Shown: in pieces, positions 39,220 to 49,803 of the stretch
How positions within the stretch are numbered: position 1 is the stretch's first letter
Layout of the letters: every line of letters begins with the position of its first letter
Assembly: GCA_965209085.1 (NCBI GenBank)
Contig: OZ242376.1
Span: forward strand, 352,001 to 416,000
Source: Nitrosopumilaceae archaeon
GTDB lineage: Archaea > Thermoproteota > Nitrososphaeria > Nitrososphaerales > Nitrosopumilaceae
Direction of reading: 5' to 3'
Length of the DNA stretch: 64,000 nucleotides
Notes under the pieces: model-generated
Database searches by the model: none
What the model was told of the DNA's origin: nothing
The model's input: only the letters and a program-made list of their open reading frames with translations
Made by a program: the position numbers and the translations under genes

Positions 39220-40036
39220 ACAGCTGCGATTTTATGTAATTTTCAAACTCAATGTCAGTCTTGCCGCGTCTTACCTCATCAAACATTGCAGCATCAGTAC
39301 CCACAGTATACCTTGGAAGGGGATTTTCTTCCTCTAAAACGTCCGCTATTTTTTTGGCAACCTCTGCCGGTTCTGTTCCAAACTGCGCCATCATCTTTAT
39401 GCCAGAAACCACCTTGTCTGTGAGCTCCCCGTACGGGGAATTTTCTTTGGGTTTTACCACCCTTAGCGAATCAAAGAATTTTGTTTTTGTCACGCCCGGT
39501 TCCACGGTTATGACCTTTATTCCAAACTGTCCAAGCTCGTACCTAAGGCACTCTCCGAGTCCCTCTAGTGCGAATTTGGAGCTCACGTATGCTGGCGATC
39601 CTGGAAATCCTATCTTACCTGCGATGGAGCTTACATTTACAATGTGTCCGGAACCTTTGGCCCTCATTGACGGGGAAATCTGGCGTATTATTCGTGCAAC
39701 ACTGAAAAAATTTGTCTCAAACTGGGATTTTAATTCGGCATCCGAAATGTCCTCAAGACTCCCAAACAGTCCGTAACCGGCATTGTTTACCAAAACGTCA
39801 ATACTGCCGCATTCGGAGAGCACCGAATCTATTGCCGTACCGGTTGCCACTGCATCATCAACATCCATTGGAATTATTCTTATGTCCATCCCGTCTTTTG
39901 CCGCATCGGCAAGACCGCCGTCATTGGATGCCCTGTGCACTCCGGCATACGTGACGTATCCACGTTTTGCGATCTCTAGTGCGGTTTCGTATCCTATGCC
40001 GCTTGAACTTCCCGTCACAAGCGCAGTTTTTGCCAT
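39212..40036 (-). CDS. Short-chain dehydrogenase/reductase
   Basis: TGSSSGIG, NNAG, YVSSK. Confidence 0.95.
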   Translation of the reverse strand: MAKTALVTGSSSGIGYETALEIAKRGYVTYAGVHRASNDGGLADAAKDGMDIRIIPMDVDDAVATGTAIDSVLSECGSIDVLVNNAGYGLFGSLEDISDAELKSQFETNFFSVARIIRQISPSMRAKGSGHIVNVSSIAGKIGFPGSPAYVSSKFALEGLGECLRYELGQFGIKVITVEPGVTKTKFFDSLRVVKPKENSPYGELTDKVVSGIKMMAQFGTEPAEVAKKIADVLEEENPLPRYTVGTDAAMFDEVRRGKTDIEFENYIKSQLFT

Positions 40037-40095
40037 GCGTTAGCATACCATGTATTGGTTTATCATTCTTTAGGAAGTGGGGGTTTTATGGCCGC

Positions 40096-42600
40096 TCAGA
40101 CAAGGGGTTTTTCCCCGTCTTTTGCACTCACCATCCGTGTAACCTGTCCTTTGCATATTTTCTCAAATATCTCAAGAGCCGCTGCCTTGTGCAGGTATTC
40201 GTTGTTATTTCCGCATCTATACGAATAGGTGCATCTTGGACAGCCGTCAACTCCGGTGCAGGGACACTCTTCAACCATGCTTTTGGCCCTTGATACGGCA
40301 TCCTCAAACCTCTCGTACAGGGCACGGCTTGCACCGCTGCCTCCCACGGCTCCGTCGTATACGAATACAAGTCCGGACGTACCTAGCGATATGCCTCCCA
40401 GATCCTGCGATGCTCCGCCGGTTACCATGTTGCTGCCCTCTATGATGACGTGTTCTGCCGCGTGATATCCGCTCGCCATGGTATATTCGGCATCGGAGGA
40501 ATCTGCCGCACATATGTCCGGCTGCGGCGCATGAAACGCTATTCCTTTTGTAACAAAATCATAGTGCAGCGGTTCTGCAAGATTTACCCTCGTACCCTGC
40601 ATGTTTGCGCCGATCTTTATGTTTGCATATCCGTAAACTGTTTTTTCCACATGCAGTCTGCAAAACACGATTTCGGTTCCAAACGCCTTCTTTTTTTCAT
40701 AAACATGCTCGATGGTGGGCCACTCGTCGGTAAGCGCTTTTGTATAATATGGATAATCTCTTGGGGCATTTTCTATTACGGCGCGCATCTTGTCCGGATA
40801 TGATAAATGTTTTACAATGTACTTTGTACCTGCCAAAAAATAAACCGCCCCCTCGTGCAGCTCCTCCAAAGCCATGGGCAGCGTTCTCTCGCCTACCATG
40901 CGTCCGTTTGAGATAATCCCTACGTGTGCACCTATCCCCCTGATGCTGTATTCTGACAAAAGACGTTTTCCCCTGGCTCCGGGCGCATACCTGCCGCCGT
41001 AGGATACAAGATTGCGGGAATCGCAGTGCATGCGTATAACCTTCTCGTGCTCGGGCATCTCGCCTATTTTTATGGCCTTGTCACAGGCCATTGCAAGCAC
41101 ATGTGATTCTTCAACAAACGGGTTTTTTGGATCAATGTACGCCTCTTCGGCATCCTCAAAGTAATCGTCGGGGTGGTTTTTGTAGTATTGGGATATGGGA
41201 TCCTGACCAAGGGCCAAAAACGCAAAACCCATCTGGCCTTTGCGGGCTGCCCTCCCGATTCTCTGCACAAGCCTGTTGACAGGTACCGTGGATGAGACGA
41301 CCCCGTCTACATCACCCACGTCTATCCCAAGCTCTAGCGTGGGAGTACATGATATGGCCTGCAGCCGGCCATTGCGAAATTCATCCTCTACGGTTTTTCT
41401 ATATTCTGGTGTGAGACCGGCCCTGTGGACCTTTATTGAAACTCCGAGTTTTTTGGTCTGTATTGCCAAAAGTTCCGCACCCTGGTGTGAGTTGCTGAAC
41501 ACAATGGTTTTGTGTCCACTGGCGGTCAGTTTTTTTGTCAAATCTGACATTAGTGATCTCTGCGTCCGCAGGGAAGGAAACAGCATGACAAAATCAACTT
41601 CAGACTTTGCACCCTGACCTGCAACATGCTCCATCTCTTCGCCGAAGAGATGCCTGCAAAAACCTGCCGGATTGCGCAGCGTGGCAGAGGATGCGATAAA
41701 CTGTATTCTGTCTGATGCGAGTCTTTTGAGCCGTTTTAGTATATAGTGTACGTTTGATCCGAATATGCCCGTATACGCATGGGTCTCATCCACTATGACA
41801 AATCTTACGTTTGCAAGCAGCGATGCAAAAGACGTGCGCCGCATCATATGATAGTGCAGCACGTCAAAGTTTGTAACAACAACGTCAGGTTTGCTGCGCA
41901 CTATCTCGGATTTGCGCGCCGGCCCGACATCCCCGTCAAAAACTTCCGCCTTTAGATCCACAGAAGATGAAAATTTTTTCACTTTTGAATACTGATCGTG
42001 CGCAAGAGCCTTTGTGGGATACAGTACGAGAACTGACGGGCCAGGAGTGTGTTGCGTGCACGCCATGTGGAGCACCGGAATCAAAAATGCCTCCGTCTTA
42101 CCTGATGCGGTAGGGGCGTCTATGATTATGTTTTTACCTGTGAGGATTTTTTTAATTGATTCATGCTGAAATTCATACAGTTTGGATATGCCAGATTCTG
42201 CAAGCGCATCAACCAGTCTTTTGTCAATTTTTGACTTTACAGTACCGTCTGCAAAGGGCGGCTTGGGTCTGCTCATTCTCTTATAGCATGCGATGTAATC
42301 TTTCTTTGAATACAGTACGGATTTTGTGAGCGCATCCGGACTGTGACCTTTGATCAAACGGGCAATCTCAGCCTCTTCTCTTATCATGTCTGATGGTGTG
42401 TCTGCAGGATTCTGAGACCTGTGGGATAAGCTTCCATCGTCATAACTGCATCCAAACTCCATCACCGCCATGTCTGTGCCACCTGAGCCATCAAAGAGTC
42501 CGTGCAGACCGCAGGAAGGACAGGATATGTGAATTCTTTTGTCAAATGCGGTGTCCACACAAAGATCCGATTTGCAGTTTGGACACGGATATTTTGACAT
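40096..42600 (-). CDS. DEAD/DEAH helicase with DUF1998 zinc domain (Hrq1/MrfA/SftH type)
   Basis: PTASGKT, DETH, SAT, LELGIDVG, QRIGRAAR, C-terminal CPC..GCPRC; N-terminal zinc ribbon. Confidence 0.93.
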   Translation of the reverse strand: MSKYPCPNCKSDLCVDTAFDKRIHISCPSCGLHGLFDGSGGTDMAVMEFGCSYDDGSLSHRSQNPADTPSDMIREEAEIARLIKGHSPDALTKSVLYSKKDYIACYKRMSRPKPPFADGTVKSKIDKRLVDALAESGISKLYEFQHESIKKILTGKNIIIDAPTASGKTEAFLIPVLHMACTQHTPGPSVLVLYPTKALAHDQYSKVKKFSSSVDLKAEVFDGDVGPARKSEIVRSKPDVVVTNFDVLHYHMMRRTSFASLLANVRFVIVDETHAYTGIFGSNVHYILKRLKRLASDRIQFIASSATLRNPAGFCRHLFGEEMEHVAGQGAKSEVDFVMLFPSLRTQRSLMSDLTKKLTASGHKTIVFSNSHQGAELLAIQTKKLGVSIKVHRAGLTPEYRKTVEDEFRNGRLQAISCTPTLELGIDVGDVDGVVSSTVPVNRLVQRIGRAARKGQMGFAFLALGQDPISQYYKNHPDDYFEDAEEAYIDPKNPFVEESHVLAMACDKAIKIGEMPEHEKVIRMHCDSRNLVSYGGRYAPGARGKRLLSEYSIRGIGAHVGIISNGRMVGERTLPMALEELHEGAVYFLAGTKYIVKHLSYPDKMRAVIENAPRDYPYYTKALTDEWPTIEHVYEKKKAFGTEIVFCRLHVEKTVYGYANIKIGANMQGTRVNLAEPLHYDFVTKGIAFHAPQPDICAADSSDAEYTMASGYHAAEHVIIEGSNMVTGGASQDLGGISLGTSGLVFVYDGAVGGSGASRALYERFEDAVSRAKSMVEECPCTGVDGCPRCTYSYRCGNNNEYLHKAAALEIFEKICKGQVTRMVSAKDGEKPLV

Positions 42601-42723
42601 GGTGCAATTAAAATGACACTTCATTTATTGTTTTGAAATCCAAACGTGGTCAATACGGCATAACCAAACGGCAAACTTTACTCAATCTCACACGATATGT
42701 ACGATGGTGTGCATCAATGTTAC

Positions 42724-42912
42724 ATGGCTGGATACACATCCCAAGTTGTACAAATTCACAAAAAATACAACACGCAGCTCAAAAAGGCAAAATCTTCAAA
42801 AACGGTACTAAAGGCGTTTACGGCACACAAAAAAGCACATACGCGTCTGTTAAAGAGCCACCTCCGTGAGGAAAAAACCATAGCTGACAGACTTCGTAAA
42901 ACTTTGAAATAA
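42724..42912 (+). CDS. Small basic Lys/His-rich hypothetical protein
   Basis: MAGYTSQVVQIHKKYNTQLKKAKSSK...; start uncertain (42697 or 42724). Confidence 0.6.
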   Translation: MAGYTSQVVQIHKKYNTQLKKAKSSKTVLKAFTAHKKAHTRLLKSHLREEKTIADRLRKTLK

Positions 42913-43001
42913 AGTCAATAATCGTGCGGATTTTTTTTGACACTACGTTAGCTTGTGTGCACACATTTTATTACCAGTTACAATAAACACATACTATTAG
43001 A

Positions 43002-43781
43002 TTGAAAAAAAAAACCTCTGATCTGGTGTGCAACGAGGACTGTATTGTCGGAATGCAGAAAATGCAGGCAAAAAGCGTGGATCTTATCGTAACCGATCCG
43101 CCGTTTGCGATAAAATTTGGCGCGCGCAAGGACAACTATAACCGCAAAGGCTCCCGTGTGTTGCAAGGATACGGCGAGATAGACGAGTCCGAATATGGCG
43201 AATTCACACGTAACTGGATGATGCAGGCATACAGAACATTAAAGGAATCTGGAAGCATGTACGTCTTTTCCGGATGGAATAATCTTGGGGACATACTTGC
43301 AGGACTTGATTCTGCAGGATTTACGGTGGTAAACCATCTTGTGTGGAAGTATCAGTTTGGCGTTGTCACAAAACGCAAGTTTGTTACCTCGCATTATCAC
43401 TGCCTGTATGCGTGCATTAATGATAAAAAACGCACGTTTTACCCTTTTTCCCGTTTTGAAAAAAACGATCGGGATAAAAACGGCAAAAGCCGCCATTATG
43501 CTGACAAGGAAGATGTCTGGATGATAAAACGCGAATACTGGTCTGGGATGACAAAAACACCGACAAAACTTCCGCGCGAACTGGTGGAAAAAATACTCTC
43601 ATACTCTAGCAAAAAAGGCGATCTTGTAATGGATCCGTTTCTTGGCTCAGGACAGGTTGCCGTGGTAAGTAACATGATGGAGCGAAAGTATGCAGGATTT
43701 GAAATTGTAAAAGAATATTGTGAATTTGCACAGCGCAGGCTGCAGAGCGGCGGGTATGGTCTTGAAAAAAACACCGGCTAG
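43002..43781 (+). CDS. Orphan beta-class N4-C/N6-A DNA methyltransferase
   Basis: VDLIVTDPPF precedes VMDPFLGSG; no adjacent restriction endonuclease. Confidence 0.92.
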   Translation: MKKKTSDLVCNEDCIVGMQKMQAKSVDLIVTDPPFAIKFGARKDNYNRKGSRVLQGYGEIDESEYGEFTRNWMMQAYRTLKESGSMYVFSGWNNLGDILAGLDSAGFTVVNHLVWKYQFGVVTKRKFVTSHYHCLYACINDKKRTFYPFSRFEKNDRDKNGKSRHYADKEDVWMIKREYWSGMTKTPTKLPRELVEKILSYSSKKGDLVMDPFLGSGQVAVVSNMMERKYAGFEIVKEYCEFAQRRLQSGGYGLEKNTG

Positions 43782-44107
43782 GATTCTTTTTTACCCATCT
43801 TGGATTCCACTGTCTCGCGCAGCTCCTCATCGGATTTGTCCGTAAAATCTATTCCAAGCGATTTGCACATCATTTCAAGTTTTTGCCGTTCTGTGTCAAC
43901 CGGACCTTTTACACCTGCCTGCTGAATTCCAGCATCACTCAGATTCTTTTTTATTTCCTCTTTTACACGGTTGTACTCGTTTACCGCCTTGCCCATCTTT
44001 TTTGCAGCTTCGGGTAGTTTGTTTGTACCCAAAATCAGCACAAGTGCAACAAATATGATGATTACCCATTCTCCGCCTATGATGTTTAACACGGTTTCGT
44101 AAATCAT
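43778..44107 (-). CDS. tatA: Twin-arginine translocase TatA
   Basis: GGEWVIIIFVALVLILGTNKLPEAAKKMGKAVNEY. Confidence 0.9.
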   Translation of the reverse strand: MIYETVLNIIGGEWVIIIFVALVLILGTNKLPEAAKKMGKAVNEYNRVKEEIKKNLSDAGIQQAGVKGPVDTERQKLEMMCKSLGIDFTDKSDEELRETVESKMGKKES

Positions 44108-44139
44108 GCCGTACTGTGGATGGTGCCTATATTATAATG

Positions 44140-45294
44140 TCAACCCCGGACTGCACTAGGTCGCAGAACAGAACGTCTGAATATTGCCGTGAATGCCACG
44201 CCAAACCCCAGTGCGGCGAACACAATGTACGGTGCTGACCCGCCGTATTCATGCGATACTGTGCCGGCAATTATGGGTCCGAGCACCCAGCCTACTCCAA
44301 AAATAGATTCGTATGCGCCGATGAGCGAGCCTGAAACTTGCGTTCCTACCCTGGAGAGTGCAATTTCAAGCGTAAGCGGAACTACGGCGCTAAAACCAAA
44401 TCCCATTACAATCAGTGCTGCAGCATACCATAACAATCCGTCGCCAAAATATGCCGCACCCATGCCTGCACCGATGGAGAGTACGGCGGCAACCAGGGTG
44501 GCAGCAGGATGTCTGACAAATTTTTTGGCGAACAACAGGGTAATTATGCGGGAAACGCCGAATGCAAAATACAAAATTTCAACATGTATCGCACTTGCGC
44601 CTTTTTCGGCAAGAAACGCCGGATATACTGCAAGTATTGCCCCAAAGGATGCCGTACAGTAGATTACAATCATGATAATATCGGGCATCAAGATCATGCT
44701 GCGAAATCCTGAAAGCGATATTCTTGCACTTGATGATATGGTGCGTATTCTGGATGAAGAAACAGAAGATACCAGCGCGGCGGCCATTACAAACGCGGCA
44801 AACTGGAACAGCGTACGGTATCCTGATTCGGCATCCCCCAAAAACAGCGAACCTAAAAGCGGACCGATGGTAAATCCGGCTACAAAAAACCCCACAAATC
44901 TTGCAATGTTCTTTATCCTCTCGGGGCCGGAGCTGACGCTGGAAATTATTGCCTCGCAGGGGGGCCAAAAGAATGCGTGCGCTATGCCGGTTCCAATTCT
45001 GCACACCATGATCTCCGGTACAGTGTGCACTATGGAGAGTGCATACGTGGATACTGCGTTAAGTGCAACGCCTGCCGTAAGAATCCACCCGCGGTTAAAC
45101 CTGTCAAGCAGCATTCCGACAAACAACGGGACAAAAATATACGGTGCAAAATTCGCAACACCAATGGCGCCAATTTCCGAATACGTTGCGCCTATCGTCT
45201 CAGAAGCAAATATGGGAAGCACCGGATTATGCATGCCGTAGGATATGCCGATAAGAAGACTGACGACATTTACCAGAAAAAGCTGGCGCCTCAT
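44140..45294 (-). CDS. MFS transporter
   Basis: About 12 TM segments, GMLLDRFNR motif A. Confidence 0.9.
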   Translation of the reverse strand: MRRQLFLVNVVSLLIGISYGMHNPVLPIFASETIGATYSEIGAIGVANFAPYIFVPLFVGMLLDRFNRGWILTAGVALNAVSTYALSIVHTVPEIMVCRIGTGIAHAFFWPPCEAIISSVSSGPERIKNIARFVGFFVAGFTIGPLLGSLFLGDAESGYRTLFQFAAFVMAAALVSSVSSSRIRTISSSARISLSGFRSMILMPDIIMIVIYCTASFGAILAVYPAFLAEKGASAIHVEILYFAFGVSRIITLLFAKKFVRHPAATLVAAVLSIGAGMGAAYFGDGLLWYAAALIVMGFGFSAVVPLTLEIALSRVGTQVSGSLIGAYESIFGVGWVLGPIIAGTVSHEYGGSAPYIVFAALGFGVAFTAIFRRSVLRPSAVRG

Positions 45295-45998
45295 TTGTAT
45301 GCGGCCACCATAACGGCCCCGCCCATCAGATCTTTTCCAAATTCGACCCTTGAAAATTTTTCAAGTAGCAATGATTCAAGTTTCTTGTTTGCAGGCCATC
45401 TCTGAAACGTGCCGTACAGTGCGGAAAATTTCAGGCCAAGCCGGCCTGCGGCGCAGTACGCAATAATTGGAAGCGCAAATCTGAGGTAAAATCCCACGCC
45501 CGCTCTTACGAATCTTGAATCCGGTTTGCCAAGATCCACGATGACAAACCTTCCGCCGTCACGTAAAACCCTGTGTGCTTCTGATATTGCAATTCGCAGT
45601 CCTATGGCATCGCGCAGCGAATATCCGCACATGACCGCGTCAAAATGGCCGGAGCGAAATGGCATGTGTTCAAAAACGCCGCACGAGAGAGCGGGGGGTT
45701 TTTCAAACAGTTTGCCGGTGTTTTTGAGCATGGGTATGAGGGGATCGTACATTATGATTTTTAAATCACCGCCGCACAATGATAGGGCAGCCTTTGACAT
45801 GTTGCCAAAACCGGAACCTGCATCCAAAACAACATCGCCGGGATTTATGCGTCCTCGTATGCCCGTATCGCGGTGTTTTGCATCACGCCCCAAAGATATG
45901 TACGAGTTTACCTTGTCATATACTGGAATGATTTCGCGTAATACGTCCATGACGCCGCCCCAGCTTCCGCCAAGACCCAAAACAAACCCTGCCGTCAC
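45291..45998 (-). CDS. UbiE/MenG family SAM methyltransferase
   Basis: YDKVNSYISLG, VLDAGSGFG, MPFRSGHFDAV, RVLRDGG. Confidence 0.85.
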   Translation of the reverse strand: MTAGFVLGLGGSWGGVMDVLREIIPVYDKVNSYISLGRDAKHRDTGIRGRINPGDVVLDAGSGFGNMSKAALSLCGGDLKIIMYDPLIPMLKNTGKLFEKPPALSCGVFEHMPFRSGHFDAVMCGYSLRDAIGLRIAISEAHRVLRDGGRFVIVDLGKPDSRFVRAGVGFYLRFALPIIAYCAAGRLGLKFSALYGTFQRWPANKKLESLLLEKFSRVEFGKDLMGGAVMVAAYK

Positions 45999-46720
45999 AC
46001 TTTGCCGAATTTTTCGGCAACGGTTGTGTATTTTTCCACGTCTTTATCGCTGATTTTCTGCATGGTTCCGTCTTTGGAAGTTATGGCAGCCATCTTAATG
46101 TGGATCTTGTCTGATTTTTCATCCGTTTTTCTGTTTGTTGCAGCAACAGCCAGCGCAGCCGCATCATCAATGCTCATCTGTGCGTCGTAATTTGTTTCCA
46201 AAAATGCATTTGCCTCCTCCGATCCGGCGCCTATTGCAATTGCAGCATATTGTACATACGTGCCGCTCGGATCCGTAACGTATACGGAGCTTCCTTTTTG
46301 ATCAACTCCTGCTATTATGAGTGACACGCCGTACGGTCTTACTCCAGAATATTGGGTAAACTGGTGACACTGGTTTGCAAGATACTTTGCCACCGTTTCG
46401 ACCTCTACTGATTCATCATATGTAATTCTTGTTCCCTGGGAAAAATATCGCGCATTATTTACCTGGATACGCGCGTCGGGAATATACCCTGCAGCAGCAA
46501 TGCCAATATGTTTGTCAACTTGGAATATTTTTTGCGTGATCCCGCTGGTCTGCAGTGCTTGGGGCACCTCTTCTACGGCAACTAGAACGCCACCGTTGAA
46601 TTTTATGCCTATTGCCAGCGTTCCACGGTTTACGGTTTCTATGGCATATTCTACCTGGTATATGCGTCCGTCAGGTGAATACATTGTAGGGGTCATATCA
46701 TAACCGCGTGATGCCATCAT
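45995..46720 (-). CDS. psmA: Proteasome alpha subunit
   Basis: GYDMTPTMYSPDGRIYQVEYA, RPYGVSLIIAG, TDPSG; start at ATG 46720. Confidence 0.96.
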   Translation of the reverse strand: MMASRGYDMTPTMYSPDGRIYQVEYAIETVNRGTLAIGIKFNGGVLVAVEEVPQALQTSGITQKIFQVDKHIGIAAAGYIPDARIQVNNARYFSQGTRITYDESVEVETVAKYLANQCHQFTQYSGVRPYGVSLIIAGVDQKGSSVYVTDPSGTYVQYAAIAIGAGSEEANAFLETNYDAQMSIDDAAALAVAATNRKTDEKSDKIHIKMAAITSKDGTMQKISDKDVEKYTTVAEKFGKV

Positions 46721-46765
46721 ACGTAAAATATCCCAAAGTGCAAATTTAAGGGTATGGCAGTATGT

Positions 46766-47470
46766 GGCTCTGTCCATGAATAAAATCCAAAATATACCGT
46801 AAATCTTTTAGATCATGAACGTAAATGACCGAAAAAGCTTTGGATCAGTAGATCAGAGCCAATTTCATGAAATCAACAAAGCGCATACGACAAGGAAATC
46901 TTACCCGATCACGCCAAATGCTAACCTTGATTATAATGAAAGTAAAAAATCAAGGGGTAAGGCCATGGAAACAGAATCCATTAGGGCAATACGGCTTTGA
47001 CCCCCTGACCTTTCATGCAACATATGCACGCTCATAGAAAAGACCGGACGAATTCCTGTAATAATGCCAAGAAAAAGTGTTCATGTACGTGGATTTGATG
47101 CAATGGGCAAAAGATGGCATCGTGATAATCCTGATGAATTTCTATCAATATACTACAAACGCAACAACATAGAGGCTACGTTTTCATCCATGAAGAGGAG
47201 GTTTTCATCCACTCCGAGTGCCCGCAAATTTGCAACACGGAAAATTGAATTGGGCTTTTTTGTCTTGTGTTATAATATTCACATTCTAGCTGCCGCAGTC
47301 TAGATTCTGACACTTTGTGTCAGATATGATCCTAGCGTATGCCATACTCTAAAACCCAATATTTGCAATACTGACAAGATTAGCAGGGCTTGATGATGGC
47401 GGACATGTTGTATAATTTTGAATGAATTTGATCGGATTTTTATAAAAAATGCTCATTCATGGACAGAGCT
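46766..47470 (+). mobile_element. Decayed, internally deleted IS (IS5 family-like DDE), 705 bp
   Basis: TIRs gGCTCTGTCCATGAAT (46766-46781) and ATTCATGGACAGAGCt (47455-47470); 9-bp TSD GCAGTATGT at 46757-46765 and 47471-47479. Confidence 0.9.
47020..47303 (+). pseudogene. Transposase C-terminal fragment
   Basis: ICTLIEKTGRIPVIMPRKS...YYKRNNIEATFSSMKRRF...LCYNI (DDE Glu motif); upstream part disrupted by stops. Confidence 0.85.
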
Positions 47471-47515
47471 GCAGTATGTACTGCCGTTTAATCCGCATAC
47501 GGTCAAGCTCGCAGA

Positions 47516-48397
47516 TCATGAATTAATTCCGTTTACCGCTTCTGCAAGGCCGGTTTTATACGAGGGATATTTTACGTCGATCATTTTTGCCATTGCCGAG
47601 CCGTCGCATACGGTCGGCGTGGTAAGCATTTTTACGGTATCGCGGCCCATCGCCATTGCCGCAATCATGGATGGAATGTTTCCGGGATATTTGACATCCA
47701 ACAGTTTGCAGACATGCCGTATAAAATCGGAAAACATTGCCGGCTCAGTATCTGCCAAAATGTGAACTCCCTGCTCTGAATGCCTGCCAATTGTACCGAG
47801 GGCGGCAACTGCATCGTCCACATGCACAAAGCTTTTTGCGTACATGCCGTCGCCCGGAACTTTGAATCTGCCTTTTTTGATTCTTGGAACAATCTGGGAT
47901 GCAAGCCATCCTCCCGCACCGTATACTTCGCCCATACATGCAACTGCAAACGCGCCGCCGTTTTCACTGCACACATTTTGCACGTATTTTTGCGCTTCAA
48001 GACGCACTTTGGAGTATTTTGTATTCGGATTTGGTTTTGTCTCCGCGGTTATGGGAGAATTGGTTTTACCGTATATGCCGGTTCCGGTAACGTATACAAA
48101 AAAATCAGTACGCCCTTTTACCGCCTCTAGGATATTCTTTACACCGCCATAATTTATCCCCCTGCAGCCGTCCAAACTGCGGGCCAGCGGAGTCGCCGCC
48201 GCCAGATGGTATACGATATCATATCTGCCATTTGGAATGTCGGGAACTTTGGCTGCAAGGTCTGCCTTTACCGCCGTGCATCCGAGTGGAACCAAATTTT
48301 TGTTGCCAAGTGCCACCACCTCGTCGCCTGAATCTGCAAAATTAGACGCCAGCTTGTATCCGATAAACCCCGACGCACCAGTTACCAGTATTTTCAT
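47516..48397 (-). CDS. NAD-dependent epimerase/dehydratase family protein
   Basis: MKILVTGASGFIG, VYHLAA, SFVHVDDAV. Confidence 0.9.
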   Translation of the reverse strand: MKILVTGASGFIGYKLASNFADSGDEVVALGNKNLVPLGCTAVKADLAAKVPDIPNGRYDIVYHLAAATPLARSLDGCRGINYGGVKNILEAVKGRTDFFVYVTGTGIYGKTNSPITAETKPNPNTKYSKVRLEAQKYVQNVCSENGGAFAVACMGEVYGAGGWLASQIVPRIKKGRFKVPGDGMYAKSFVHVDDAVAALGTIGRHSEQGVHILADTEPAMFSDFIRHVCKLLDVKYPGNIPSMIAAMAMGRDTVKMLTTPTVCDGSAMAKMIDVKYPSYKTGLAEAVNGINS

Positions 48398-48488
48398 AAA
48401 CTTGGTTTGCACATGCGTATTTTGAGTTTTACTGACGTATGGGATATGGCGCAGGCTTAATATACAATTACGCAATTTGTAATGCCGT

Positions 48489-49763
48489 ATGGCAGGCGCT
48501 GATCCATTTGAAAACGCAACAAAACAGGTCTACGACGCATGCGATACTTTGAAAATAAAAGATCAGGGAATACGGGACTATCTTGCAATACCAAACAGGG
48601 TTTTACGGATAAAAATTCCAATTAAAATGGACAACGGTAAAATCCGCGTCTTTATAGGATTTAGATCACAGCACAACAACGACAGGGGGCCGTACAAGGG
48701 GGGAATACGGTACTTTGATCCTGCCGGAGGAGTGGAATACATGGAACGCGAAGTCATGGCATTATCATCATGGATGACATGGAAGTGCGCCGTAGTGGAC
48801 GTACCGTTGGGCGGAGCCAAGGGTGGCATTTTTGTAAACCCGAAAAAAGAAAAACTTAGCGCAGGAGAAATGGAACGGCTTACACGAAGATTTGCATACG
48901 GGATATCCGAAGTTATAGGACCTGAAAAAGACATTCCGGCTCCAGATGTGTACACTACCGGACAGGAGATGACGCACATTATGGATACGTTTGGCAAATT
49001 GAACGGAAACAAATACACGCCCGGCGTAATAACCGGCAAACCGATACCAATGGGCGGCTCGCTTGCAAGAAATGTTGCCACGGGACTTGGTACGGCATAC
49101 TGCGTGCGCGAGGCTGCATCAAAATTCAAAATCAAACTTGCCGGATCAAAGGTCGTATTGCAGGGATTTGGAAACGCGGCAACATTTGCAGGCGAATATC
49201 TTGAAAAAATGGGCGCGGTCATAATAGGCGCAAGCGATTCCAAAGGATCCATCCTATCCGCCAAAGGTATGAAAATGTCAAAACTTGAAGCGTACAAAAA
49301 ACAAAAAGGAACCGTTGTGGGATTTCCAGGCAGCAGTAAAGTAACCGTATGGGCGCTGTTAACTGCAAAATGTGACATACTCATACCTGCCGCACTTGAA
49401 AACCAAATTGACGCAAAAATTGCAAAAAAACTCCAGTGTAAAATAATCGGCGAAGCGGCAAACGGCCCGACACTACCTGAGGCAGATCCAATACTGTACA
49501 AGAAAAACATCGTGGTAATTCCCGATATTTTGGCAAACTCTGGAGGAGTATGCATATCGTATCTGGAATGGGTGCAAAACAACATGGGATATTACTGGAC
49601 TTTTGACGAGGTGGCAAACAAAATGGAGGCAAACATAGTGCGCGGCTTTGATGATTCGTTAAAAATATCCAAAAAATACAAAATTGACATGAGGCGGGCC
49701 GCGATGGTGCTTGCCGTACAACGCGTCATGGAAGCATTTGAGCTAAAAGGCCTGTGGCCATAG
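48489..49763 (+). CDS. gdhA: Glutamate dehydrogenase
   Basis: GPYKGGIR, PLGGAKGG, DIPAPD, QGFGN, EAANGPT, PDILANSGGV. Confidence 0.96.
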   Translation: MAGADPFENATKQVYDACDTLKIKDQGIRDYLAIPNRVLRIKIPIKMDNGKIRVFIGFRSQHNNDRGPYKGGIRYFDPAGGVEYMEREVMALSSWMTWKCAVVDVPLGGAKGGIFVNPKKEKLSAGEMERLTRRFAYGISEVIGPEKDIPAPDVYTTGQEMTHIMDTFGKLNGNKYTPGVITGKPIPMGGSLARNVATGLGTAYCVREAASKFKIKLAGSKVVLQGFGNAATFAGEYLEKMGAVIIGASDSKGSILSAKGMKMSKLEAYKKQKGTVVGFPGSSKVTVWALLTAKCDILIPAALENQIDAKIAKKLQCKIIGEAANGPTLPEADPILYKKNIVVIPDILANSGGVCISYLEWVQNNMGYYWTFDEVANKMEANIVRGFDDSLKISKKYKIDMRRAAMVLAVQRVMEAFELKGLWP

Positions 49764-49803
49764 GCATTTTCAGGATTGATTCTGCAAATTATTTTTTGGT
49801 AAA

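Noticed and set aside
40096-43781. DISARM or restriction-modification system
   Set aside because: The helicase and DUF1998 are fused as in housekeeping Hrq1/SftH; no linked drm genes or endonuclease, and the SNF2 and PLD-like genes are far away.
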